This document shows, in pieces, positions 1 through 13,677 of a stretch of DNA of 64,000 nucleotides. Position numbers and translations under genes: made by a program. Position 1 is the stretch's first letter; each line of letters starts with the position of its first letter. This DNA comes from Eledone cirrhosa (taxonomy: Eukaryota), in assembly GCA_964016885.1 (NCBI GenBank), contig OZ024743.1, positions 201,748,001-201,812,000 of the forward strand, read 5' to 3'. The notes under the pieces are model-generated. The model was not told the DNA's origin and made no database searches. It worked only from the letters and a program-made list of their open reading frames with translations.

Positions 1-420
1 TGAGTGTGCGCATCTGTGTTTACTGCACTCCAACATTTCAGGAGGATTCTAGAATATCCATTCAACTCTCTCATGATTCTACCAATTCGGGATTCATGTC
101 TTTGTTTAGTTTCTATGTTTTGGGGAAGTGATTCTACTCATAACCTTTGCAGGTTCCCCCAATACCGATGGCATTGGTGTTGTTGTTGTTGCTCAGTTTA
201 AATGTTATTGTGTTAGTTTAAATGTAATCGACTCCTGCCAGAAAAAAAAAAAAACTTGCGCACCGAGAAATTTCTAGAGGAGTGACGTACAGTGAAGAAT
301 GACTGGTCGTAGTGATTAGTTAGGGACCTAGGGTTTGGGACACGATAAGGACACATTTGAATATGTTCACACATTAGATAAACACAAGCACGCACAAATA
401 TAAGTTCATTATATTTGTGA

Positions 421-620
421 GTGGATTGGGCGGTGGATTGGCAGTATAGGTAGAGAGTTGGACGCCATGCTTTCCAGCATAGAGTTTCGTCCCTTTACGG
501 ACTGGGTTTAAATCGCGCCGAGGGTAACTTTGCCTTTCATCCTTACGGGGTCGATAAAATAAAGTACCAGTAATGTACTGGGTAATTGCTGGCCTTGTGC
601 CAAAAGTAGAAATAATTATA
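421..620 (+). mobile_element. tRNA-derived SINE (family A)
   Basis: GGCGGTGGATTGGCAG A-box-like head, degenerate B box, conserved body TTTGCCTTTCATCCTTACGGGGTCGATAAAATAAAGTACC, tail GGCCTTGTGCCAAAAGTAGAAA. About 16 copies in the window. Confidence 0.85.
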
Positions 621-1569
621 ATTGTGAGTGTTTGTGTTAAGAACTGACCACACGAAGCTTTCACGTTCAGAGCTGACTTCTTTCCTTTCTCGTCCCAAAA
701 CTGATGTTAGCTAATCCTTAAATTTTCCCCACCAATCACCACATTTAAAAGTCCTGTGGGTATTTCTGATGCGGAAAACATTGGAAGTAATCCAACCAAT
801 CTCCATTTTTATTTTATTTATTCATTTAATTATTTATCTATTTACTTATTTATCTATTTATTTATTTTAGTATTTATGTGGTCATCTTCCTTTAATAATT
901 ACATTATCAAATAATCTGATTTGCCGGCGCCACTCGGTGTTTTTAACAAACAATCTATAAAGTTAACTAATGCCAGCCAGCAATGGCGATGGTTATCAAC
1001 CCTAATGGTTCAGTAAACACAGATGCGCACACTCACGCACACGCACATACATACATACATACATACATAAATACATACATACAAACATACAAACATACAT
1101 ACATAAATACATACATATAAACATACAAACATGCATACAAATATACATACATACATATAAACACATATACATACATGCACCCGCATATATACATTCATAT
1201 ATACATACACAGAGGCATATATACATATCTGTATACATACGTAGTACGTACATACATACACGTTTATATGTATATTTCTATGAATAGAAAATATAGATTT
1301 AACCAAAACACGAAATATAAAATAATTGATAAAGATTGTTATATTCTAAAATAAACATAGAATAGAAATATATATTCTCTAATTGCTGCTAACAAGTTAG
1401 ATTGATTGTGACAAGGGCGACTGTCAAGGCGAAGGTAGTGATGCAAGAAAAGGTTTCAATTTCGTGCGTCAAGAAATGTAGCTGGAAATGCGGTGAAATT
1501 TTATCACGCAGAAGTGAACACTACTTTCTACAGGCGACGGTGACGGAGCATATATGTATTTGTGAGTGA

Positions 1570-1850
1570 CAGCGTGTGGAGTAGTAGTTATGTTGTTTGG
1601 CTTAGAAATTCAAGGCAGTGTGTTCGATTCCCGATGACACGTTGTTTCCTTGAGCAACATATATTAATTCCTGTTTTTTCAGCCCTCTCAACCGACAGAA
1701 ATGATGTGTATCTGTAATTTAAACGGCCAGCCTTTTCCCACAATGTATCAAGCCGAATCTCCCTGAGGACTACGTTAATGATGCACGTTTCTATGTTACC
1801 CACAGTCATTTTAACATGAATTTCACGCGCAGTTTATTCTGTTGTTCCAA
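1570..1850 (+). mobile_element. Degenerate SINE of a second family (CORE-like)
   Basis: B-box GTTCGATTCCC followed by GTTTCCTTGAGCAA...AAATGA, resembling the CORE domain from memory. Confidence 0.5.
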
Positions 1851-2929
1851 ACCTTTAGAACACACGTCAGAAATGAAGGTGGTTCAACATACACACACAC
1901 ATATTGTGTGTGCGTGTATGTATGAGTATGTGTTTGTGTGCATGTGTGTATATGTGCGAGTGTATGTATGCATATATATAAGATGCGATGATTCAGGTAA
2001 ACTACGATTTCAACATTAAATGAGCTGGAAAGAAATTAAATTATGTTCTTGGTGTAGAACAAAATATTCTGTTCCATGGATGACAGAGAGTATAAAATAA
2101 TCTGCACTTCAACATTTCGGGAGGAGACTAGAATATCCACTACGCTGTGTGATTTTCATGACCATCGCTACCATTAGGCCAACTTGGCAGCCATCTAGGG
2201 CACAGACTACAGAGAGGTGCATTAATGAATCTTAAAGAATAATAGTTTTATATAAATTTGTAGAATTAAATTAAATATATAACATTTTCCTGCAATCAGT
2301 AAATAATTCACTAAATGCTAATGTCGAATAGCAGTGTTGCAGAAATATCCAAAGCACTGAATATAATTGTATGCCGTTATGAACTATGGCATATTTTAGC
2401 GAATATGACTGGACTGGGCAGTTGAACATTCAAGCCAAGTAATTTTTCAAGTCTAGTCAGAGCAAAAAGTGTCAAAAGCTAGAATTATCAGCCTACCAAA
2501 CTGAAAGTTGAAAATACTTTATTTGGGAAATTGATGCCCATAACAAGGAGAAGGTTGCACAACACTGTAGAGATAGCCTAAAGCACTAAATATCCAGAGG
2601 CCGGCTCTGGTAACTGTAAAATAGTGTTTCATATTTATAGGAAAAATTGATTTTAGTAGAAATCACCTCATATTAATTGCGCACTGAATTTATTTCATAT
2701 AAAAACTACACAGACGAAAAGAAGAGGAAATACCGATATATTTAGGGGTTGCACAGTTTGGTGATTTTTTAATGCTAGGCCAAAAATAAGAAAAATATTT
2801 ACTTCAATAAGTGTTGATTGTAGTCACATTGCATGTTTTATTCATTCCTGTCTGTGCATATGCAGGAGACATTTTTTATCGTAAATAGCAACCTAAATAA
2901 TTTTACATCGGTGATTTGTTTTCATTGTT

Positions 2930-3436
2930 CTTACAAAGAAGGATTTGGTATCACGTTGATGAGATGATCTTTTCAATATTTGTTTTGATAATTCAACAAG
3001 TTTCAATCAATTGTTAGTTTAGTACTGGTTTTGTTAGTGAGTAGTAAACACTCTGGATTTCATCAAGTTCTATTCGTTTTTATAAGTTATGAAATAATTT
3101 TCTTGTCTTACTTTTCATAACGTTAATGGGTTCCAGAAATGTAAGAACTTAAAGGCTTGTTAAAATAAATTTAGGCTAATTCCTTGGGGTTAGATTCCAT
3201 TGTGATTTGGATATTGTTGATTAATTTGCTTATCATATTCTAGAATTCAGTGAGTGTGTTTATGCTTTCCTGCCATAGTATAAAGCAATCGTTCAGGTAT
3301 CTTTTCTAGTTGTATTTAAGTCGTGTACGGAATAGTTGTAGTGATTGTCTGTAGATTTATTGTTCACCGAATCCCATGACTAAGTTGGCGTATGTAGGGT
3401 CTACAATTGTATCCATTGTAATCCCTGAGATTTGTC

Positions 3437-3437
<1 letters not shown>
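2930..3437 (-). pseudogene. Degenerate Penelope-like RT fragment
   Basis: Manual translation QISGITMDTIVDPTYANLVMG...RYLNDCFILW...IQITME matches the PLE RT motifs G.xMG...PxxANLxM and RYxDD, with stops. Confidence 0.7.
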
Positions 3438-3498
<61 letters not shown>

Positions 3499-3501
<3 letters not shown>

Positions 3502-3840
3502 ATAATATTAATAAATGGAAACTATATTTATAAAATCCATATTTATTCTATTATATATATTTCAAGGGTACCAAAACTTTGGTACGCTCTCATCAGATAA
3601 AATACAAAGTTTGTTTAATAAATATTGACATATCCAGGAACGAGATCTTAACGGTTGAAGTTTTACCTGGATAGTAAAACTTGAACCGTTAAGATCTCGT
3701 TCCTGGTTATGTCAATAGTTATAAAACAAACTTTGTATTTTATCTGATGAGAGCGTACCAAAGTTTTGGAACCGTTGAAATATATATAATAGAATAAATA
3801 TGGTTTTATAAATATAGTTTCCATTTATTAATAATATTGA
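3499..3840. mobile_element. About 340-bp fold-back element with a hammerhead motif in each arm, embedded in (TA)n
   Basis: 3499-3666 is the near reverse complement of 3673-3840. HHR at 3736-3796 (+) and 3544-3604 (-). Confidence 0.85.
3736..3796 (+). ncRNA. Type I hammerhead ribozyme motif
   Basis: TATTTTAT-CTGATGA-gagcgtaccaaagttttggaaccgtt-GAAA-tatata-TA-ATAGAATA, with 8-bp helix I. Confidence 0.75.
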
Positions 3841-3931
3841 TATTATACTCCAGAAAACCTGTCGAGCACTTCAAATCAACTATAAATATATATATATTTG
3901 TTGAATTACCAACAAATTGAATATCCCTTTG

Positions 3932-4038
<107 letters not shown>

Positions 4039-5092
4039 GGAATAGAATGAAACGAAATTTCATTTCTCACTCTTAGTACGGCACTTACTTAAATGTAAGT
4101 ATGTATGTATACGAACATACATATATGTATACAGACGTACAGTAGTATGTATATATATATACATACATGCACACATATATAAAGTATAGAAAGTATAGAA
4201 ATTGTTGTAGCAAGAAGCTAACAGTATTCCATAATATATAAGTGACAATAGCGTCAACATGGGAAAATAGTTAACATATGATATGGGAAAAATAATTCAA
4301 ACTTAATTCAAAAAAGAATCAGGATATAGATTTATCCAACAGAATTTAGAGAAATCCAGGGAAAAATCAATAGAGCCTTAACTCATGATAAAACAAAGTC
4401 TAAAGTACTCATCCTTCAATTTGGGATAACTTCAAATGCTCTGTATAGTCTTGAAAATACTATTTCACGAAAACTTTCAGTGGAGATGGTCACAGTTGGA
4501 TTTCGTTCATCAGCAGAGCTCAACATGGTAACCAAGGTCTCACTGATTAATATGCCTAAAAGTGAATTTAATATACATATATTCCAGAAAGAGAAAAAAT
4601 ACATATGTTTTATATATACAACCATATATATATATTCCGAGATATTTATTAATATGTGCATTGATTTATTTACATATATACACATACATGTTTTTATGTG
4701 TGTAAGTGTGTGTGAGTGTGTTTGTTTGTGCGTGCGTGCGTGTGTGTATAAGTGTGTATGTATATACACACCACGCACTCACATACACATATATAATTTT
4801 TCGTAGATCTAAAAGAATTAAATTTTTCATTCTTAATACTTATATTACATTATTTTGAACGGTAGGAAAATGTCGGCAAATCAATTGTATTTATGAAATG
4901 TATTGATTTTAGTGAAAAGGTAAAAGAAAACCTAATAGAATGTATGAAATACAAGAAATAAAATTGAATAAAACCTTTTAATCTATGAAATACTAATTTA
5001 TGTAGCTTAGTGGGAAAAAACAAAATATAGACATATTCAAAATGATAGATTAATAAAGAAGGAGAAACTGAGTGAAATGCGATTAAAATAGT

Positions 5093-5127
<35 letters not shown>

Positions 5128-5169
5128 CATAGTAGTACTGCTATTATTATTATTATTAGTAGTAGTAGT

Positions 5170-5703
5170 AGGGCGGTGGATTGGCAGTATCGGTAGAGGG
5201 TCGGACACCATGCTTTGCAGCATAGAGTTACGGCCCTTTATCATCTGAGTTCAAATCCTGCCGAGGTTAATTTTGCCTTTCATCCTTACGGGGTCGATAA
5301 AATAAAGTACCAGTCAGGCACTGGGATCGATTTAATCGACTTCCCCTTCCCTCAAATTACTGGCCTATATAAGAAACCATTAGAGTTACGGCCCTTGCCA
5401 TTCTGAGTTCAAATCCCGCCGAGGTTAACTTTGCCTTTCATCCCTACGGGATGCACTGGCTAATTGCTGGCCTTGTGCCAAAAGTAGAAACAATTATTAC
5501 TAGTAGTAGTAGTGGTGAATTGGCAGTATCAGTAGAGGGTCGGAAACCATGCTTTGCAGCATAGAGTTACGCCCCTTTATAGTGTGAGTTCAAATCCCAC
5601 CGAGGTTAACTTTGCCTTTCATGCTTACGGGGTCGATAAAATAAAGTACCAGTAATACACTGGGTTAATTGCTGGCCTTGTGCCAAAAGTAGAAACAATT
5701 ATT
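5170..5703 (+). mobile_element. Cluster of three head-to-tail family A SINE copies (one 5'-truncated)
   Basis: Family A motifs repeated at about 5170, 5382 and 5512, flanked by (TAG)n/(TAA)n. Confidence 0.8.
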
Positions 5704-5787
5704 ATTAGTAATAGTAATAGTACTAGAAATAGTTGTAGTAGTAGAAGTGGGGTGGTGATGGTGGTGTTAGTATATGTGGCAGTAGTG

Positions 5788-5826
<39 letters not shown>

Positions 5827-5937
5827 TCAGTGGAGGAGGAGGAGCATGAGAATTCATTGGTTTTGTAAGTAAACGATACACCAAATACATATTTTGCAAA
5901 CAGCAAATAATTAATTCTCTTATATGCTGAGATGAAG

Positions 5938-6012
<75 letters not shown>

Positions 6013-6081
6013 TAGATAATGAGTGACAAAGAAAATAGAGTAAAAGAAAGAGAAAGAAAATCTTTGCAATATGTATATATA

Positions 6082-6152
<71 letters not shown>

Positions 6153-6284
6153 TGGTGTGTGTGTATATATATATGTATATATGTATATATATATATATTT
6201 ATATATGTATATATATATATGTATATATATATGTATAAATATATATGCATAAATATAGATATATACATATACATACATAAATAC

Positions 6285-6315
<31 letters not shown>

Positions 6316-6359
6316 CATACATATATATATATATGTATATATATCTATATCTATATATA

Positions 6360-6393
<34 letters not shown>

Positions 6394-7042
6394 GATAGAT
6401 ATAGATAGATATATATATATACATTACATACAGAAATATTGAGGAATTGAAAGTAAACATGAAACAAATAACAAAAAGAAATACATTAATAAAAAATAAA
6501 ACCAAAAGACTCAAAAATAAACAAAATACAATTAAAATCACAAGAAATAATCTACAAGCCAAAATGGATGTCAATTGTGAAAGAAATGTATTTAATCTTT
6601 TTTCCTATTGAGTTTATGTTTATATTAAGTTGGAGCTGAATTCTAGAATACCTGAGATGTGTGTGGGTCACTTAGAAAAAAAAACATGATATACACACGC
6701 ACACATATATATGATCTAATTTATTCTTTGAGCCACGTGCCCACCTGCATATATTCCCACTGGATGTGTGAAGGCTTCTACATAACCCGGACACATTCTC
6801 CCAACTTGTAGAAAACTTATAATGAAACAATTGTTTGGAAAAGGAGATATATTTTAATTATGTCTCATATAAAATAATACTACTGGCCTTCCGCAAAATA
6901 CATATAGTTAGCACCCCAAACGTAAAATTGGGATTATACTAAGGTATATCCTAATATGTTTGTTGAGTGAGATGGAAGCCAGTCAGAGTATAGCTTAAAG
7001 CTTTCTCTGTTAATGTATTGTATCTATCTATCTATCTATCTA

Positions 7043-7134
<92 letters not shown>

Positions 7135-7340
7135 AAAGAATAGAGGTGTAACACACAAGTTATTATATATTGGTAAACGGAATAGAAAATGCTGACAAAT
7201 TGTTCACAGTTGAAAAATGGTTTAATTAGGAATAAAAGAGTATTAGTGATTGTATGGGTTAGTATTCAGTTGTGGTTTTAAGTTTTTAAGTTTTTACCGG
7301 TTGCGCATTTCTAAATGCTTTTCAAAAATAATTTTGAGAT

Positions 7341-7390
7341 AGAGTGTCCGTGCTGTTTGCTCTGATCAGAGCAAACAGCACGGACACTCT
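7341..7390. repeat. Perfect 50-bp palindrome
   Basis: AGAGTGTCCGTGCTGTTTGCTCTGA|TCAGAGCAAACAGCACGGACACTCT. Confidence 0.95.
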
Positions 7391-7704
7391 TATTCCTGAC
7401 GTCAGACGAATGAAATGGGTTTTCGTATTTCCCGCCCACCTTTTTCGTCGTTGTCGTCGTCGTCGTCGTGGAGAAATCTTGCACGCTTTGCACGTGATTT
7501 TTCTTTTCTGGCGTCGCTTGCGAAAGAGAAGGGAGGGAGAGAGACACATTTAGAGAAGGGAGAGAGAGAGACAATCTTCTCTCTGCTGTAGTGACGATTG
7601 AGGGAGAAGAAGACGGAATGAGTGGGAGTGACATATGAAAATTCTTTTTCGTAGCCATGTTTTTTTGTTTAAAATAAATATTGGGCACAAAAGCTACTGC
7701 AAAG

Positions 7705-10700
7705 AGACTCACAGCAGCAACACCACCAACACCATCACCACCCACACTAGCACCACCATCACCACCGGCGACAACCCCACCGCCAACAACAACAACACCT
7801 TCAACACCACCACCACAAGCACCAACATCGCAAACACAACAACAAAGCACACACACCCAGCAACAACGACAAGAAAATAGCAGAACAACACCCCACCCCA
7901 CCCCCAGAAAAACAAATGCACGGCAATAAATACACACAACAAGAAACTACTGACTTACATAATTGAACACACATACATTTCACAGCACGACTACATAATA
8001 CTAGCACCAATCAAAACGCCAACGAACATAAGACTGCTAAAAATAGCACAGAAACAATACGCAAACATTAAAACGAAATTCCCCAACGCAGTTGGTGATT
8101 TCAGAGACCTAGGAGGGACTCTCAACCGGAGAGTATATTCGGAAATACTCACAGAAGAGCCGACGACCAGCCGAAGGGACGATTCAACGGTCAATTCACC
8201 AGAAGATCAAGTGAAAAGGGATGGAAAAACCATCCTTCCTCTACGAAAAGTACGGTAAGTGGTCTTTCCCATCTTTTCCACTCTATTTTAAACATGACCT
8301 CACTCAGAATAGGCAGCATAAATGAGCGTGGCTTGGGGTCGTCATGGAAGCAGGGTCACCTGCTCAACGACCTCAGGTCACTAAACATAGATGTAGTGGC
8401 CATCAGCGAGACCAGAATCTCCGAAGCACGGGCCTTCGCACCGATCTTCGGCGGCTACGATGTGTACGCATCTCCCAGCCGTCCTGGATCGGGGGGAGGA
8501 GTTGCTGTGCTTTTTCGGATAGGTTTGGATCTCGCCATACGGGCCATCTTCCTGGACCCAGAGGGTAAGTTGGCGGTGCTAGACGTGACCAGCGGAGACA
8601 GGCAAGCTTTCAGGCTAGTGGCCGTCTATGCCCCGACAGGCGCAGGGCGGCCTGATTTCTTCCGGCGCCTGGAGACCTTTCTTGGAACGTCCCGCTCTTT
8701 AGTGTTAGTGGGCGACTGGAACGGGATCTTAGATGCACGCTGGGGCAGTGTGAGATTAGCGGATAGGGTGGGAAGGTGCAAGAGCCTCACCAACCTGCTC
8801 AGGCGTTTTGAACTGTCTGACAGCTACCGATTGGATTTCCCGAATGTGCCAATGTGGACTTGGACAAATCGCATAGGCTCATCCAGATCATATCTAGATA
8901 GAGTATTTTATAGGGAAATAGATAGGTTTAGCATAGGCTGTCCACAATTCAAGATTGTCAGTTACACGGACCACAAATTCGTGATCTGTGTGCTTGACTT
9001 AGATAGGCTTCATAGACGAGGACCCGGCTACTGGAAGCTAAACGCGTCCTTAACAGCGCGCAAGGCCTACAGAAACCGGATTAGCGAACTAGTTAAGCGG
9101 GCGTTGACGGGAGCCATCGTCAACAACAAGTGGTGATTTGCTCTGAAAAGAGCGATTAGAATAGAATCCATTAGGTTTAGTAAGGCTTTAGCAATAGAGA
9201 AAAATAGAGCAGAGGGAGAACTAGTTAGAAATTTAGACGAGGCGTTAGCAAAGGCATCGCGACCGACGTGCTTGCGGCGAAATTGGCCCTTGACCAATTC
9301 TTCAATGTAAAGCACGAAGGCTGCTTTGTCAGAGCTAGGGTGCGTGCTCTCAGACACGAGAGGACGAAAGCTGTTCAATGGGCCCGAGTGGCGGAGGTGC
9401 GTCGTGGCAACAAAGCCACAATCCGGTCTTTGGTGGACCTTGACGGGCGAATGCTACACGATCCCGGGAAAATGTGTGAAGCTTTTTAGCGACACTTCGC
9501 TCAGCTGTTCGGGGGCAGCGGCGGGCCGGGTTGAGGGATGGACTTTAGTGTCTACCACGACGGACTGCCGCGGCTCTCGGCCACTGAGGCGGAGAGTTGC
9601 GAAAAGCCGATAACAGCCGCTGAAGTACGGGAGGCAATGACTGGCTGCACAAGGGGTAAATCGCCTGGTTTGGATGGTCTGCCCTATGAACTTTACGTAC
9701 AGATGCCAGACTTGTTTGGAGGCCTCTTGGCGGACGTCTACTGCAACTGGCAACAGAACGGGAGAATTCCCAGCTCTGTGAGCCGAGGAGCGGTGGCGCT
9801 GCTGAGAAAGGAACCGAACAAGGGGGATAACATAGATAATTTTAGGCCCATAACTCTGCTAAACACAGAGTTCAAGATTTTGGACAAGGTGCTAGCAAAG
9901 AGGTTGGCGCTTGTCGTTGGTGGTCTGGTGGGAGAGGCGTAGACATGCGCCATTCTCGACAGATCCATCCACGAGAACCTCCACCTCATGCGATACATCG
10001 TAGAGAGGGTAGCTAGGGAACCTGGCACGGGTGGGTCTTTGATCAATTTAGATCAGTCGAAAGCTTTCGATAGGGTCGACCATCGTTACCTAACGGCAGT
10101 CCTGAGGGCGGCTGGCTTTGGGCCCGTCTTCAGAGGCTGGATCGCTGCCATGCACAGCGACATCTGCTCTGTGGTGAGAGTGAACGGGCACCTTTCAGAA
10201 CCGTTCAACATCATGCGCTCGGCCCGCCAAGGATGTCCCCTCTCGTCCCTCTTGTACGTATTGAGTCTTGAGCCATTACTGCACAAACTGGAGACGTTGA
10301 GGGGCGTCCCGCGCGAACTAGGATGCATATGCCAACGATGTCACCGTAGTGGTGACGAACGCCAAACACATCGAGGCGATCGGCACTACACTAAGAAAAT
10401 ACGAAGCGGTGACAGGAGCAATGATCAACCAGGAAAAGTCAGTGGGCCTGCAGCTCGGCACCTGGAGAGGCAGGTCCATGCCGTCCAACAGCGTCGTCGG
10501 ACGCTGGACGGACGGACCGGTTAAATTGTTAGGGGTCTGGTTCGGTCCGGACCTCCAGACGGACAAAAACTGGGACGAGGTGACGAGCAGGGTGGCTTCT
10601 CTCAGCCAGAAATGGGCGGAGAGGGAGCTATCCCTGAAAGGTCGAGCGGAGGTGGCTAACGCATACATCGCGTCTGTCATCTGCTACCGCCTGACCGTCG

Positions 10701-11943
10701 TACCCTGTCCTAAGCCTCGCCTGACTGCGCTGGAGCGTTTGCTCTTTCGTTTTTTGTGGAAGGGACGCGCTCCGATGGTCCGGCGGTCCATCTGTTGTCA
10801 ACACCCGCTACGTGGAGGGCTGGGCATGCCGTGGCTGATGATGCGCAGGCACGCGTTCAGGCTACGACATCTCCACCTCTTCCTCGACGGTGATCAGGTG
10901 TGGTCGCCGTTTGCTAGACACGTATTTCCCCAGCTCGTTTCCTTGACGGAGCTGCAGTCCTGGGTCAAGCTAAGACCAAGATGGAGCGCCTGGAGACTGG
11001 AATGTCTTCAGGCGTTCACAGCCCTCGACCATACAGGCAATGTGATCGGTGGAAACTCCACCTCGGCGTTCTATAGAGGATTAGTGGAGGGGAAGAGCGA
11101 CGACGTACTTGGGGAAACTCTAGGCGTCGACGAAAATCAACTAGCCAATCTCTTCGGAAGAACTTTCGGGCCGGGGCCTATGGACAACTTCCAGAAATCT
11201 CTGGCCTGGCAGTGTTACCGAGGAGCCTTGCCAGTTCAGGATAAACTCTACAGGCATGAAGGTGCCGTCAGCCGGGCATGCCCGAGATTCGCGCAGGGCG
11301 ACGAAACCATCCTGCACGCACTCGTCCAGTGTCCTAGCATTGCTGACTTGTGGATTTATGTCGAACACCTGCTGTCGCGTGTAGGACGGATCCGGCTATC
11401 ATCTGAGTCCATCGTGAGGATTGCCCCGCCCTCCTCCTTTAGCCGGGAAGGGCAGTAAGTTTTTATCTGTCTGGTGGCCATGTCGAAAGAGATAGTATGG
11501 TGGACACGTTTGAAAGGGCTGAAGACGAGCACTTACCTCTTCGGTGATGCCCTGATTGACTTTTTCAAATTTCATTTGAAAAGGAAAATCAGAGTAGAGA
11601 GGGAAGTGCTCTGTTCCCAGCATTTTGTTGAAAGATGGGTGAGAGAAGCAAGAATGGCCCGAGTGAATGGGCTTACTCTGAGTATATATCTGTAAATTAA
11701 AGGTGGAAAACTGGGAGAGGGCACTTGCCTTGGTGGTCAGGGTCACTGTGGCCTATTACTGGGCTTTCTCCACAAATGTCCCTCCGAAGTCTCCCCCCTA
11801 TTGGGGTATTTTTCATTGTTATTTTTTGTTACATCCTCTGTTTTTGTTTTTTACACGCAGAAATGCCCATTTGTTCCGCCCTGTATTGTCCTGCACTGTC
11901 CTTAATGTCTACTTTATGTAAACCCTTGTGGTTAATAAAGAAA
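7705..11943 (+). mobile_element. Tx1/L1-type non-LTR retrotransposon, 5'-truncated and inactivated
   Basis: ORF1 3' remnant (Thr/Pro/Gln-rich, open frame 7881-8258 ending LPLRKVR*), then ORF2, T-rich 3' UTR and AATAAA at about 11934. 5' boundary approximate. Confidence 0.85.
8294..11695 (+). pseudogene. ORF2: APE endonuclease + reverse transcriptase + C-terminal zinc-knuckle (zf-RVT-like), several stops and frameshifts
   Basis: SINERGL, AISET, VYAP, GDWN, SYLDR, TDHK (APE). KSPGLDG, FRPITLLN, DQSKAFDRV, RQGCPLS (RT). GGLG and CPR..DETILHALVQC at the C terminus. Confidence 0.92.
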
Positions 11944-11969
11944 TCATCATTATTATTATTATTATTATT

Positions 11970-12064
11970 GTTATTCCTTGAATCTCAGTCATTGATGTTG
12001 GTTAACTGGAAAGTCCGTTGGATTGAATATCAAGCCACTACCTGCAGCCTCAGATATTCAGGAC

Positions 12065-12066
<2 letters not shown>
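11970..12066 (-). mobile_element. Very short 5'-truncated copy of the R4/Dong-type element (3' end only)
   Basis: Reverse complement of about 13527-13624; both sides are (TTA)n. Confidence 0.9.
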
Positions 12067-12097
<31 letters not shown>

Positions 12098-12476
12098 GTA
12101 TTACTATTATTATTACTATGATTATTATTACTATATACATATATACATATATATATATATATATGCGTAGAAATATCCATTATCCCCAGCACACAACTGA
12201 TGAAGGAACATTTTTTCCCGTTCGTGCTTTGCTCTTATTTATAAGTACACCTTATCCAGCAACTACACAACCCCTGTTTCTTCTTATATATATATATATA
12301 TATATAACGGCGATGTATTAGTTATTAATTCTGGCAATATTAATACACAAATATGACCCTCCCCAAGTATAACAACCTATATATATATATATATATATAT
12401 GTATATAGTATTAATAATCATAGTAATAATAATAGTAATACTACTACTAATAATAATAATAATAATAATAATTATT

Positions 12477-13544
12477 AGGTACAGTGCGGGAATCCTGAGA
12501 TGGAATGTTGCTGAACAAAAAGAAATGGATAGGAAGACTAGGAAGCTATTGACTATCTACAACATGTTCCACAAGAGGAGTGATGTCGATAGACTCTACC
12601 TAAGGAGATCTGAGGGTGGAAGAGGTCTTATCAGCATAGAGGACTGTGTTCAGATGGAGAAAAACAACCTATACAAATACGTGACCTATAGTAAGGAGCC
12701 AATGCTCAGAGCTGTACTGAAGGAGGGGACAGTAGGCCAGGGGATACCCAAGGAGGAAATAACATCAAGGAGGAAGAGCAGCCTTAAGGGAAAATCCCTT
12801 CATAGTACCTTCTTTGAGAAAACTGAATTTAGAGATCCACAGACATGGAACTGGTTGAGAAGAGGAGACCTCAAAAAGGCTACAGAAGGAATGCTAATGG
12901 CTGCGCAGGAGCAGGCCCTCAAAACGAAGTGGTTGAAGCACCATATCTACAAGGAGGAGGCTAGCCCACTGTGCAGGATCTGTGGAGAGAGAGAGGAGAC
13001 TGTGGCTCACATTGTGTCCGAGTGTAAACACCTAGCCCAGACCCACTATAAGGGCTGGAGACACGATGTGATGGGCAGGGTGATCCACTGGCACCTATGC
13101 AAAGTAAACAATCTACCACATTCTGAGAAATGGTATGAGCATAGGCCAGAGGCGGTGATGGAGAACAGTCAGGTGAAGGTGCTGTGGGATTTTAGGATAC
13201 AGACGGACAAAAAACTGGAACACAATAGACCTGACCTGGTGGTTGTGGACAAAGAAAAAAGATCGTGCCTGATTGTGGATGTGGCCTGCCCGTTCGACAC
13301 GAGAGTGCAAGAGAAGGAGAGGGAGAAAATTAACCGATACCAGGACCTAAAGTGGGAGGTGAAAAGGATTTGGAACTGCCATGAAGTCAAAGTGATCCCG
13401 ATTGTCATAGGCGCACTGGGGACTATCTCCAAAGGTTTCCAGGGATGGTTAAAGAAAATCGGCCCCTTCACGCTTTTTGGAACGCTTCAAAAGGCATGCT
13501 TGCTTGGAACGGCAAGAACCCTCCGATACGTCCTGAATATCTGA
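12477..13544 (+). CDS. C-terminal part of R4/Dong ORF: RT thumb, CCHC zinc knuckle, restriction-like endonuclease
   Basis: RLYLRRSEGGRGL, CRICGEREETVAHIVSEC, RHD, RPDLVVVD...IVDVACPFD, KEREKINRY. Uninterrupted. The ORF-track start at 12399 is microsatellite-derived. Confidence 0.9.
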   Translation, partial: RYSAGILRWNVAEQKEMDRKTRKLLTIYNMFHKRSDVDRLYLRRSEGGRGLISIEDCVQMEKNNLYKYVTYSKEPMLRAVLKEGTVGQGIPKEEITSRRKSSLKGKSLHSTFFEKTEFRDPQTWNWLRRGDLKKATEGMLMAAQEQALKTKWLKHHIYKEEASPLCRICGEREETVAHIVSECKHLAQTHYKGWRHDVMGRVIHWHLCKVNNLPHSEKWYEHRPEAVMENSQVKVLWDFRIQTDKKLEHNRPDLVVVDKEKRSCLIVDVACPFDTRVQEKEREKINRYQDLKWEVKRIWNCHEVKVIPIVIGALGTISKGFQGWLKKIGPFTLFGTLQKACLLGTARTLRYVLNI

Positions 13545-13630
13545 GGCTGCAGGTAGTGGCTTGATATTCAATCCAACGGACTTTCCAGTTAACCAACATC
13601 AATGACTGAGATTCAAGGAATAACAGTAAC
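12477..13630 (+). mobile_element. 5'-truncated R4/Dong-type REL non-LTR retrotransposon in (TAA)n
   Basis: Flanked by (TAA)n on both sides, which matches the known Dong target preference. Short 3' UTR. Confidence 0.85.

Positions 13631-13677
<47 letters not shown>

Noticed and set aside
4495-4520. Minus-strand CTGATGAACGAAA core; similar partial cores near 56620 and 61530
   Set aside because: No convincing helix I, or a broken core; possibly decayed copies.
12399-12476. Hydrophobic signal or TM peptide at the start of the 381-aa ORF
   Set aside because: Poly-Ile comes from the (TAA)n target repeat in frame with a truncated retrotransposon.
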